A DNA stretch of 61,881 bases, the filler included, from Choristocarpus tenellus KU-1152 (Eukaryota; Protista; Phaeophyceae), in NCBI GenBank assembly GCA_964200185.2. It is 10 parts of 10 records of this genome, joined end to end, with 100 filler letters (N's around TTAATTAATTAA, not from the genome) between each part and the next. Parts side by side here need not be neighbours in the genome. Positions count along the whole stretch, not along the records: positions 36,887 to 42,464 come from CAXNAD020010364.1; positions 42,565 to 48,220 come from CAXNAD020010112.1; positions 48,321 to 51,059 come from CAXNAD020025171.1; positions 51,160 to 58,743 come from CAXNAD020005931.1; 6 more parts are not named here. One strand, given 5' to 3'. Position 1 is the first letter of the stretch. Each line of letters opens with the position of its first letter. The position numbers and the translations under genes are program-made. The notes below the pieces were generated by a model. It was not told where the DNA came from. It worked only from the letters and a program-made list of their open reading frames with translations, and searched no databases. Positions 41,147 to 52,337 of the stretch are shown here, piece by piece.

Positions 41147-41408
41147 GAGTCAAAGTAAACGAGAGGCACCCAGGTTTCGGTCGTTTTGCATTTTAAGCCA
41201 GTTTTTGAATCTTTTGCAATTCACGCATATTTCTATGGATGAAGTGCTAAGGTTAACTTGGGAAGGTTGATTTCTATATTGTTTGAAAAATTCCGAGACA
41301 GTTCAGAAAATATCCTACGAGCACTTGTAAAAAACGACGGATTTTGCACATATTTGTCAGCATCCCCAAAAAAATGAAACTCTGGGTACCTCTAGTTTAC
41401 TTTTACTC
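41147..41408 (+). mobile_element. MITE family B, full copy
   Basis: TIR GAGTCAAAGTAAACGAGAGGCACCCAG / CTGGGTACCTCTAGTTTACTTTTACTC; homologous to 58145-58403. Confidence 0.85.
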
Positions 41409-42564
41409 TGTGGTTAGAATTCGATAATAGTCTTGTGCGGTGTTGTGATGGTAGTAATAGTTAGTAATTGTGGCATAAATACATCCTGCGTTTATTGACT
41501 AACTTCCAACACGGCACCTTTGGGGTTCGTATGCTTACAGCACAATGGCCCATCATAAGCATGGTGGATCTCAGGCAGGACTGCAACAATTACAGTGAAA
41601 TGCGATGGGTATGGCCCTTTGTGAGCAACTGATCACAACTACTGTACAACAAGAAATTGTGGTAACAGTGTCAAGCGCAGTACCACTTGCATGGCTATGG
41701 AGAGGGTTGTACAGCACTCACAATAACAACGCTGACCGTTTCCTTGCCTTGCTCTCCATCATCACAAAGAAATACCAAAAATTGAGACTGGAAACTACTA
41801 CTTAGCTACCACCGCTGTATAAAAATGCACCCAAAATTATCCATGAAAGCCCGCCGGCCACGACAAACATCAACAACCAATACTATCATTGCAACAACAA
41901 ACAAAGGTGGAGAACAACACACGTTTGTGCAGGTGATCCAGAGATCCTGGATGACCGTTAATCATCCATGACTAAGGTCAACACGAAGCATGCAAAGAGG
42001 GCTGCTCTTGGATATGACTAGGAAAGGATTGGTATACTCGATGAGGTGTTTCTCCTCTGCCAGTCAACTGCTTCAGTGAAGGAAATAAAGTACACCAGCT
42101 CTTCAGTCATAAATAGTGGGTTGGCATTAGCCATCAACGTCCCAAAGAGACTCGCTCCTCTTGACATCACCCGCTGACCCATTCATTTCCAGGCATCCTC
42201 TCTTCTGTCGCAGTCTCACACCATGGTCATCAGGCGACGTGTTTTTCGGCTAACCTGGGATCCCTGCCTTCATTAAGAAGCGCCAAGGTTGCGGTTGCCA
42301 TCCTATCCTACACTCCTATGTACTAGCACGTTCAAAACACCTTTTAACCTTCCTCCATCCACATGGTGCACCACCTCCTCTCTCCGCCTCTGGTGATGTT
42401 GGCGGTGAGATGAACACCCCATGGCTATGTGAAGCTGAAGGCCGTGACACGGTGAACACCCTCCNNNNNNNNNNNNNNNNNNNNNNNNNNNNNNNNNNNN
42501 NNNNNNNNTTAATTAATTAANNNNNNNNNNNNNNNNNNNNNNNNNNNNNNNNNNNNNNNNNNNN

Positions 42565-42614
42565 TTTTGGCCCCCCAAATGGACGCGGCTCTACCCTCTA
42601 AGATACTTTGACTC
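42565..42614 (-). mobile_element. MITE family A end at contig start
   Basis: Reverse complement of GAGTCAAAGTATCTTAGAGGGTAGAGCCGCGTCCATTTGG. Confidence 0.85.
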
Positions 42615-42849
42615 AGAGTGTCGCGAGTTGCAAACAGGTATCAAGTGTTGTGATTGGGGAAAATCATACACGTGAGAGGGTGGTATCTGTCCATGTAGCG
42701 TACGCAGTATATGTGGCCAACATTGTAACGTTAAAGGAAACAAAAACATGGAGTTTAGTGTTGGTTTACCCATCGGCAGACTCATTCAAAATCAAGGTTG
42801 GTGGATGCAAGTTTACACGGACGGTGTGCGGTTCGTGAATAAATGTGTG

Positions 42850-45800
42850 TGTGTATTTATTATGTGATCTATGGTGTCAATGCGGGGGAAGATGTGGATG
42901 TGGTATGTGTTCCTCTTATAAGCGATGGGTATATTGTCGGCGTTGGCGCTGGGAAGAAAAGAGGAAAATATGCTATGTTTGCGCGAGTTTACCGATTGCC
43001 ATACTTCTATGAGAAAGGCGGTGATGGTTTTAGGTGTGTATGGACAATCTGTGCAGTCTTCTCATAAGTGCAGATTGTGGTATGTTCACGTGACGCATCG
43101 TGTCGACATGAAGGGATTGACGGGTGTGGCAAAAGTTCCAACGATATATATGTTGTGTGTTTGTTATATACGTGGGTGAGGGGTGTACGTGTCGGGATTG
43201 TCGCCATCAGTGGCAAACAGAGGCGGAAAATTTTGGGTGGGGGGGGAGGAGGATTGTTGTGTGGAGTGTGCCTACCTTTGTGACGATTGTCTGCCCAGGA
43301 GGAACCTTGTGACCTTTGCGATAGTGCCCCTCTTCCTATGGTATCGGTTTCCTCAAGGTGTATTGAGTTTTGGTTGCCTTGATAGTATTCACTAGAGATG
43401 AGGTTCCCGGCATGCGCACTTCGTGTAGTTCCAGTCTCCTGGCGGCAGATTTCACCACAGCCCCGACTCCATCAGACAAGGACTTCCCGTGACATCAGGC
43501 AAATAAGTTGTGTACCACGGAAATTCCCATCCACGCTAAAGACTGTGAAACCCACCACATCTGCCATCTGTTCTTGAATTGGCTCCCGCAGCCATCAGAC
43601 CAGATGTGCAGGACCTCTAGAGTCTGACCGTATTCACTGGCTAGAGGTATTAGGTGGTCCTTCACAAGCATCTCCACGGCGTTCTGGATGAACTCGTTGT
43701 CCTGGCTTCGGTCTTCACTGCACACCGTCACATGCTGTGAGCCCAAACCCTTCCATTCCCGAGATTTCCCTCTTCTCTGAAATCCGTCAACCACCAGACA
43801 ATGGTCAGAAGCGCCGTAAGGAATAGGTTGAAGAACTCTTGTTGTGTCAAGTCCTGGTGGTTGTGTTGCAGGTGGGCACTGAAGTCCATGGACATGGCGG
43901 CATGTCCTTTGGGGAGGCGGGCTTTGCAGTGCTTGTATTGTTGCGCCTGCCAAATGGTGGTGTTGCGATGAAGGAAGAAGCTTTTCTCGAAGTTTGCAAA
44001 TATGACTTTTAGGAGTGTGGAGAATCCCTCTGTCCTTGGGAACAGCACCTGCATGGAACGGGCGAGGTGGTCGCGTATCGGGAGTTGTTGCTGGTGGTCG
44101 TAGGTCGTGGTGAATCGGGGTGAGTTCTCTGATGTAACCGATTATGTACGGTGCTGTGGTAGGGAGTATCTACGGGTTGTTTGACCACCAATACGCCGTG
44201 TGTGAGACATATGCAATGTACAACGTAACTATTATTGGAATGAAAATGTTGCTCTCACCTTTCACCTCTGACTGTGTTTGTCCGTGGGCCCTGTGGCGTC
44301 TTCGTCGTCGTTATCCTCGGTCCTGTTCCTCCTGAGGTCGGGGGCAGACTCTCCCACCATGCACTTAGCGATAACCAAATCGTCCGTCATGAGATTGTCC
44401 GTCCTCAGCTCCGCATATTTTTCGGTGATCAACTTGATCGTGTCGTCTTTGGTGGTCCCACTTGGGGTGGCGATGCCAAGTCTAGACGACAGCGCCTGTG
44501 TGAAAGGTTAGGCGGGATATACATCTATATATATATATAGCTTTATTGCAGCATGGGTGTGTAGTCTGGATGTTTACACCGGGGTCTGGTCAACATAGTG
44601 CTGGTCAACACATTGCGCAGGTTGCAGGGTCGGTCCTGTACCCGCCGTGAGGGTGGAACCGGACAGGTTCGTCTTCAAACCTTAATTGGTTGGTGAGGTT
44701 TTGGATAAGGCCCACCTTGAATTCCTGGCAAGTCTTTTGTTGCAGATCCACCTCTACCACCGGGGTGTACGCGTGGACGAACACGTTCCATGTGAAACGG
44801 GTGCTGTGAGAGTCCAACATACAAGGGCACTTCCACATGGGATGAGATTTCCAGTTGCACAGGTAACATGTACTGTCGACACATGAAGTTTTGAAACCGC
44901 CCAAGGAACCACTAGAGGACAGTTCGCGGAGGGGTTCCAGCATGTCCCTGTCGCATCTGTTTTGTCTTGATCAGTCCATGAGCGGTTTTTGTTGTCAGTG
45001 TGTATATTTGAGTAGCGGATGGAAGGTGACTAGTGGAGTCTGGCTGTGACTGCAGTACATATGTAGAGTACGTAGTGAAACGGTTTAGGTGTGTGTACGT
45101 TGGTGTATGTATCTTTAGTGGTTTCAATATTTTGGATACCATTACAGCTCGCCGTGATAACGCATTTGCCACGTCAAGGATGTGGTTTGGAAGACAAGCT
45201 TACAAGAGGAAGGCCATTAGATGAGCACCACTTTCGAGTGCGGTCTCCACTTCTTTAGACCCGCATCCTTCGCCTTTGTCGTAGAATTAGCATGTGCATG
45301 CGCAAGCGCGTTGTCCATCATCGCGAAAGCTCATTCTCGCATGTACTTTCTTCTAGTTCTCTCTTAGGCACTGAACCTGGAGGTCTGTGGATGCAAATTC
45401 TGTGTCATATGGTGGATGCAAACGCATGATCTGTGTTGTGCGGGAGAGTGAAGGGAGGAACGCGGTCGGTTGGTTATCCTCCCTTGTGTGTGGACACTGA
45501 TGATGTACTACGTGACTGGCTATCCTGTGGCGGTTAGGAAACGTAGAGTTTCCCGGTCGCCACTGTAATGTGTATCCAAAAAAACGAGAGACTATTTCCC
45601 CGCATACCTTGGCGTGGCCTTTGAAATGTAGAACGGTCTCCACTTCACGAATGTTGACAGACAGGGTAATGGTCCTGAGATCCCCTCCTGTTCGAATCTC
45701 TCTTTGAAGTTGGCATAGACATCCTCATCTGTCCCAATCTGTGACCTGTTGTGACGTCGGTTGCACCATATGTACGTAGTGTAATGTCACAGTTTTGTTG

Positions 45801-46700
45801 GAGGGTGAAAATGTTACACAGTGATTAATCCATGACGTGTCGAGGGTGGATACGCGCAATATTTGTGAGGATGACACTCGCTAGTGTTGAGTACTTCTGA
45901 GCGTGCTGTTGGCACAGTGCATCCGGATGGCAAACTCTCTTGTTCGTATGCGGGTCTAAGTAGTGCATTCCCTGGGCGGCATCATGAGATGTGACCGGAT
46001 CGTGGGGCATGGCGGTGCTGTTGCTCTCCCACACGGTGATACCCAGAACATGTGTATCAGGATGCAAGACATGGAACTATCGTCAGGAGTTGTCCCTTCT
46101 CACGTCGAACACCCTTGGTCTGCCATTTTGTGCGAGGAACAATGGGAGACATGGGGCGTGTGTCGATTGTGCAGCAGAATATGAGAGATCATCCGGGCAT
46201 CCCTGTTAGTGATGAAACTGTTTTCTACATATACAGTGGATGTGTTCGCCCGAGGAGGAAGTTTTGTGTGTCACACTGTTGGTGGTTGCGGGAAGCGAAC
46301 TTCCATACCTGTGGGCGGTGCCTTGAGTAAAGTTGTGAGCGACGTGTATATTTGAGCTGGGAGAGAAGCCCCCAGCGTCATCTGCAGCCGATTCGGATGG
46401 GCTCGCCTGTCGCCGCATGTCTGGCAAGAATTCCGTGCCTTTTTCGGAGGATGACATTAGTGTGTCGATGCTGATGTCGTACTTTTTTGCTGTGACAGAC
46501 AGAAGTGGTTGAAACGTGGATGTCACCTCGCCATCGCCTATTTCGACATCATGAGCGATTCCGACGAGGACGGATTTGTACACCTGGCACGTATGCTCGG
46601 TGTTAAGATCTTTCTTTACACATTGGAGGAATGTGTAAACCTGGAGATCAGGCGTTGACTCGCGTTGTTCCCGACCCAATGCAACTCGCAGTGCACTTGC
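42850..46700 (-). pseudogene. Decayed Sola2-like DDD transposase gene
   Basis: Ordered minus-strand motifs: VWESNSTAMP (~46020), DVYANFKERF...LSTFVK (~45700), CVDSTCYLC (~44870), HRNTTIWQAQQY...MSMDFS (D1, ~43885), HIWSDGCGSQFKN (D2, ~43590) and HNLFA*CHGKSLSDGVGAVVK (D3, ~43475). There is a frameshift near 43740 and an in-frame TGA at 43495-43497. Outer limits are approximate. Confidence 0.75.
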
Positions 46701-48171
46701 CAACGCTTCGATATCCGCGTTCCGATACCTATCGGAACCAAACGATGTTCCTTCCGGTTTCCGTTTCCGATCCCAACCATAGCACCTGTCCCGACCCTAA
46801 CCCTATGCCCCAACCCTGACACTCTCTCTTACCCTTAAACTTTAATGAAATAATACCGAATCGTGTTTCGCCCTTCCTTCATCTGCTCACCTCATGTCAC
46901 ACTTTGTCTTACTTTACCATTCGTCAAAGCACAGCAAACATTGCGGCTGTCCACGTACAAACCTATTTCAAGTTACACACATCATGTCATTTCTGCCGAA
47001 CATTGTTCTATAACAATGTGTGGCAAACGTTGCTGCGGTCGACATACCAACTTTTTCGAGCCACACCCCCCCAAACCATCGTCCTGGACTCACCACAAAA
47101 CTCAATTGCTATCTCATATCCCCCATAGAGCAAGGGGCGCATACGATGGTATGTGCATGTGGGGCTATGTGTTGACCTATATCACATGTAACGTTCAGTA
47201 TTGCTTGCACAAAATCCATAGTACACATTAGTTTACTGTTCGTCAGAACACGTCAATTGTGATACGTACATGAGCTAATGGTGTCAGGGGCGACACCCAC
47301 CATGCACCTGTCAAGTGCTTCCCAACAGAAATTCGTACCAAAACAAACTTTGTACCGTTCGACAAACTACCCCCAGTCACTTCGTCCTACATTCTTCATC
47401 TTACGTTTTGGTAACCTTTTGTATGTGGCTCGCGATTGACCGTATATGCGACGCAAACATTTTCAGGAGAATCTAATCGGGGCAGTTTCGGTTGTTGATG
47501 CGTCAAACACACCCTTCTCCATGCTTTCAAAGTGGGGTGTCATCCACCACGGCCCTTTTCCGTAGTGCACCTCGTGACCAAACATTATGCGCGAGCACCT
47601 TTCCCCGAAGAAAGATGCAGTATTACCTAAGTTCGCATGATGATGATCGATCACTAGTGTCAAAGAAAACAAACCTACCCAACTTACATCGTGACCTCCT
47701 TTCGATCCCACTCAGGAGACGGGAACTAAAGAGACTACCCAAGACCAGTGCCGCCCGTTCATGGAAGAAATCCAAAACGGACCAGATAATGGACCTCTTC
47801 CTCTCCATGTTTGTCAACCACGATGGCTCAGAAGAGATGGAAGGAAGCGGCCGCACTTGGAACGACCTTGCCTCTTTGTTGTTGGATGAGAAGAGCAGAT
47901 TTGCACCGTTCACACGAACTTCGTCGATAGGTTTCGTTCTGCTCTTTATGGGAGGAGGTGTGCCTCACCTGCTCGGAACTACAGCGGAACTGGTGAATAC
48001 CACGTCTCTCGGATTTCGATGCAAATGTGTGATTTCGGAAGGGTATAGTGACCATATTCTTCGCTATGCATATTCTTCAAGCGCTAATCCCCCATTGAGG
48101 CAATTACAGAACGCACAGGCCATATTGGAGTGTGTCTCACTGCGACCAGACGTGGTCTTGCCTTTGTGATG

Positions 48172-48220
48172 GAGCCAAAGTATCTTAGAGGGTAGAGCCG
48201 CGTCCATTTGGGGATCAAAA
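48172..48220 (+). mobile_element. MITE family A end at contig end
   Basis: GAGCCAAAGTATCTTAGAGGGTAGAGCCGCGTCCATTTGGG. Confidence 0.85.
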
Positions 48221-48320
48221 NNNNNNNNNNNNNNNNNNNNNNNNNNNNNNNNNNNNNNNNNNNNTTAATTAATTAANNNNNNNNNNNNNNNNNNNNNNNN
48301 NNNNNNNNNNNNNNNNNNNN

Positions 48321-48375
48321 ATTGGATTTTGGCCCCCAAATGGACACGACCCTACCCTCTTACATACTTTGACCT
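48321..48375 (-). mobile_element. MITE family A end at contig start
   Basis: CCCCAAATGGACACGACCCTACCCTCTTACATACTTTGAC. Confidence 0.75.
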
Positions 48376-49512
48376 CTATAGTACCATAGTTAAGACTGCA
48401 GTAGTTGGTTCCATGCTAAGACCACATTGTGGTAAATACACCATGTATCACATAAATGATCATGTACCTAGGCCCCCACCATAGGAATATACACCTGATA
48501 AGAAAGGAGCATACTAGCACCTTCCAAAAGATCAACACCGCCACCACAAGAAGAGTCGCATTAAGATATAGGGGTTACATGTAATAATTGAACATTTACA
48601 CCAATAGAATCACCTCACTTCACACCATCCCAATAGGAGTCACCCTCACGGAAACATTCTCACCTCCCATTTCTCTAATCCTTACTAGGGTTAGGGCTGG
48701 ACTTAACTCTAACCTTTCACCTCGCAATCTCAGAAGAATAAATCATATACTTCAACCTTCCACATCTCTATCCCCAACTGAACTGTACTCCTGCCTCACT
48801 CCCCCCCCCTACAACACCCACATCAGCTTAGACAAGGTTAAGGTTTGACATGCATAACCTGTGTGAGGCGTATGAGATTGCTGAGTTGCTGTTCGTGCCT
48901 GTTGGCTATTTGTGATGTTAGTGGCCATCCCCCCAGTATGAGATCTAGGACAAGTGGGTGCTTCAGCAGGATAGTCTCATACCTAGGTAGAACCATCACC
49001 TTCTCTTGTTGAAGTGTATAGTACCTCCTTTATCGTATGGCGATATCTATCTAAATATCTAAATATAGTTTAGATGGAGCTTGTCCCTCTTCCTTTCCCT
49101 AACAATCAACAAAAAAGATATTTACTGTGCTCGAAACAAGTGGTGTGCAAAGAAATGTACATGACAAACAATATAATGGAAATAATTCAACCTCTTGAAC
49201 ACTACTAAACCTAAGATCTTAATTGTAAGGAGAAGTGCGACTTAAAATTAAATATTACCTGTTGGTGAAGTCAAGGACATTTTCCCAACTCAGAAGAACA
49301 GGGGTCTCATTGGACAAAACAAGTGTTGCCAACTTCACCATTTATAACATATATTTATTCTTCCAGAAGGAAAAATTAGGGCGATATAAATCGACCACAT
49401 TTCAAGCCACGGCTTAATAAAAATCCATTACTTGTCCTTGTCACCAAGAACAGACCACTAACAACCCCCACCATCACACTGAAGGATCTCATTTATGCTA
49501 TGCCTATTTATA

Positions 49513-50590
49513 CTTCCTCTGTTCGGAATTAAATCTACCATAATTTTTGTAGTCCCGATAAAGAAGCTTTATGTTTTTCACATGTTCATATTTTAAGGTT
49601 AGGGTTATTTTATGGGTGTATTGTGCAGACACTAAAAAGGTTGCCCACCAAAATCTCAAGCAAAATGGGACGGCATAAACCTGTCTATGATTCTGCCCCC
49701 AAAGCCCTCCAAAACTCCATTCCAGCACAGGTTTTCGCCGCATCCACTGGGACATTCAGGGCAAGCTTGCCTGTCTTCTCAGACGTTTCCTGGCCAAGGC
49801 TGGGAATTTTGAAGGCACTGTCACCCTTGGACCCCAACACTTCACCGTAGACTGCAAAGAGTCTCTGAAAGACGGGGTCTGCTGTCTTCCAGGGGTACAC
49901 ATCAAACGCCTCCGTTGTGGTGACGACCAGCTGCTCTGTCCTGGTCACCCCTACCTCTTCCTTTCAATTGAGCCAAAGTATCTTAGGGGGTAGAGCCGCG
50001 TCCATTTGGGGGCCACAATCCAATGTTGCGATTTTGATGTAATGTTGGATATCGCGTTTGTTAGGAATTGTCCACATCCATATTCCAGAGACATTATTGC
50101 ATAACGTATACATTTTGCCTACTCCGATATATTTTCGAGGAGGAAAGTGTAATAAAAAAACCCATGGGAAGTCAAGGCCCAAAGAGACAAACAGGGCAAA
50201 ATTCGTACCCTCTGAGATACTTTCAATCAATTGCTGGATGGAATGAAATAATTCCAAATTGTTGACGTTGAGGTGAGGTGAGTTGGCTGACAGGGCCTCT
50301 ATGACAACGTCACCCTCCAACACCTCCTCGATAACCTTCATGATCCCTCCCTTGGTGTGTGGCCTTGCCTCATCCTGCTGCACAAAGATGGTAAGTCCTT
50401 CTGCCCAAGGCATGTAGGCCTTGATATTCAGGATGACAACCTTGATCATGAGCTTCTTGTACCTCTATATCCACTGTGGCTGGCAACACTGGATGCTCGT
50501 ACACTACCAAAAGAGTGTACTGCTTTACCACAAGAAGATGATGATGTAGTATATGCTATATTAAGTCACAGCGAAGAGTGAGTCCTATCC
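49513..50590 (-). mobile_element. 5'-truncated plant/stramenopile-type mariner (Tc1/mariner) transposon relic, interrupted by a MITE
   Basis: RYKKLMIKVVI...FVQQDEARPH...SANSPHLNVNNLELFHSIQQL [MITE] ...EQLV...EAFDVYPW resembles QQDNAxPH and PNSPDLNVLDLGFFxSIQ. A Stowaway-like terminus TA|CTTCCTCTGTTC lies at 49511-49524. Confidence 0.8.
49970..50228 (+). mobile_element. MITE family A, full copy nested in the mariner ORF
   Basis: TSD AATT/AATT. Confidence 0.9.
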
Positions 50591-51884
50591 ATGAGGGGGG
50601 GGGTTCCAAACCCTAACCCTAACCTTTTCAAGCAATTCGGTAAATCACCAAGTACTACATTTCCTAGAAAGATACTTCCACACCACTACATTCCAATATC
50701 CCAATCCACCAAAATTGTACTGTACCACACAGATAACCGAGATAATCATACAAAGAGGTCGATCATCATATAATGTCAATAATTATATGCGCTCAGTGGT
50801 AGCTTCTTCTACTTGGCGCCGATAGCAATAATTGATAAACAATTTAATAATATGGGAAAATAACACTTCTCAGTCAGTCAACCATCCATAATGACAATGA
50901 ATAGCCGCCCCGAAAAAAACTACTTCGAAGTACTATTTTTTTTTACCACCTCCACCACCAACAGTCAAACGACTCCACCGACCGCACTAATTATTCAAGC
51001 AAGCAATCCAATGCAGGGCATACATGTGCACGACGATCAAATGAAATCACTGCCGCCCCNNNNNNNNNNNNNNNNNNNNNNNNNNNNNNNNNNNNNNNNN
51101 NNNTTAATTAATTAANNNNNNNNNNNNNNNNNNNNNNNNNNNNNNNNNNNNNNNNNNNNGGGGGGGGGGGGGGGGGGTGGGGGGGGGGGGGGGGAGCCAA
51201 ATTTTTGTTGATAGTTTTTTTTTTTTCCCCTGATTTATTCTCTGTATGATCTGATACATGGTACAGGTATAGGTAGTATACTAGGGGAGTTGTTGAATTA
51301 AGGGTTGGTGGCTGTTTGTATTTCATTGTGTTATATCGATGTTCAGGATCAAGAAACCTGGCTAGTATTGGGGCATTCTAAATATACCATTCTAAATATA
51401 CCCCGAGTGTTAGCAATGGAAAGGAAAGAGGCTTAGGGCTATTTGATTGTCCGGTCATTTTACGGCACATTGCTGAGGAGGCGTTATTATTAATCCGATT
51501 CGAATAGTGTCTGACAGCCAAGGCAGTGATGCTTTTCATTGGGATAGAATCCCCTGTTAGCCATCATCTTGAAGGTCAAAGTTATACACAGTCCCCACGG
51601 TTACATACACATATTTAGGTAGGCCATTTGCTCCTCCACAGACAGGCATAGACACCCCCCACCCGGGATAAACCACCCCTGCCACCTTAGTTGGTTTTGA
51701 AGAGATCCTGACAACAGCCATGCCCAGCCAGCCGGTCAGCCAATCATAGTATTTTGTTCGGGAGTTACTATGATTGTGTGTTGTGTGTCTAGAAAGGTAG
51801 GTTAGGGTTACTGTGATTGTGTGTTGTGTGTCTAGAAAGGCCGTACAAAAAACGTATACAGTGCTTTGATCCAATAAACAAACA

Positions 51885-51916
<32 letters not shown>

Positions 51917-52139
51917 CTGTCCCTGTGCGATCTTGAAGGTTTTCTTCCACTTCCCAAAGATATTACTTACTATTACTGGCTATACCACCGACATGCCAAA
52001 ACAAGAACGAGTTGAAGAGGCTTCATTGCCAAGCAACACCAACAAGCAACACCAACCAGCAACACCGAGTTGATTCCCGCCCGAGACTCAAGGGAGGGGG
52101 TAGTACAAGCGTTGATAGTTGATAGTACAATGATTGGAT

Positions 52140-52337
52140 ACGGTACTTGATTGGTACTTGATCAGTACTTGATTGATATTTGATCGGTACTTGATTGGTA
52201 CTTGATCGGTATTTGATCGATACTTGATCGGTACTTGATCGGTATTTGATCGGTACTTGATCGATACTTGGTTGATACTTGATCAGTACATGATCAGTAC
52301 TTGATTGATACTTGATCGATACTTGATTGGTACTTGG
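52140..52337. repeat. 11-bp minisatellite (GTACTTGATCG)n, ~18 units
   Basis: Directly visible; a second 11-mer (GTCATGAGACT)n lies at about 52527-52580. Confidence 0.92.

Noticed and set aside
43495-43497. In-frame TGA next to Cys as selenocysteine or readthrough; frameshift near 43740 as programmed
   Set aside because: Other stops and frameshifts occur across the locus, and no slippery heptamer or SECIS is evident. Ordinary decay explains it.
42565-48220. TIRs at both ends of the Sola contig as the ends of one autonomous element
   Set aside because: Both TIRs face outward. They belong to separate MITE copies at which the assembly broke.
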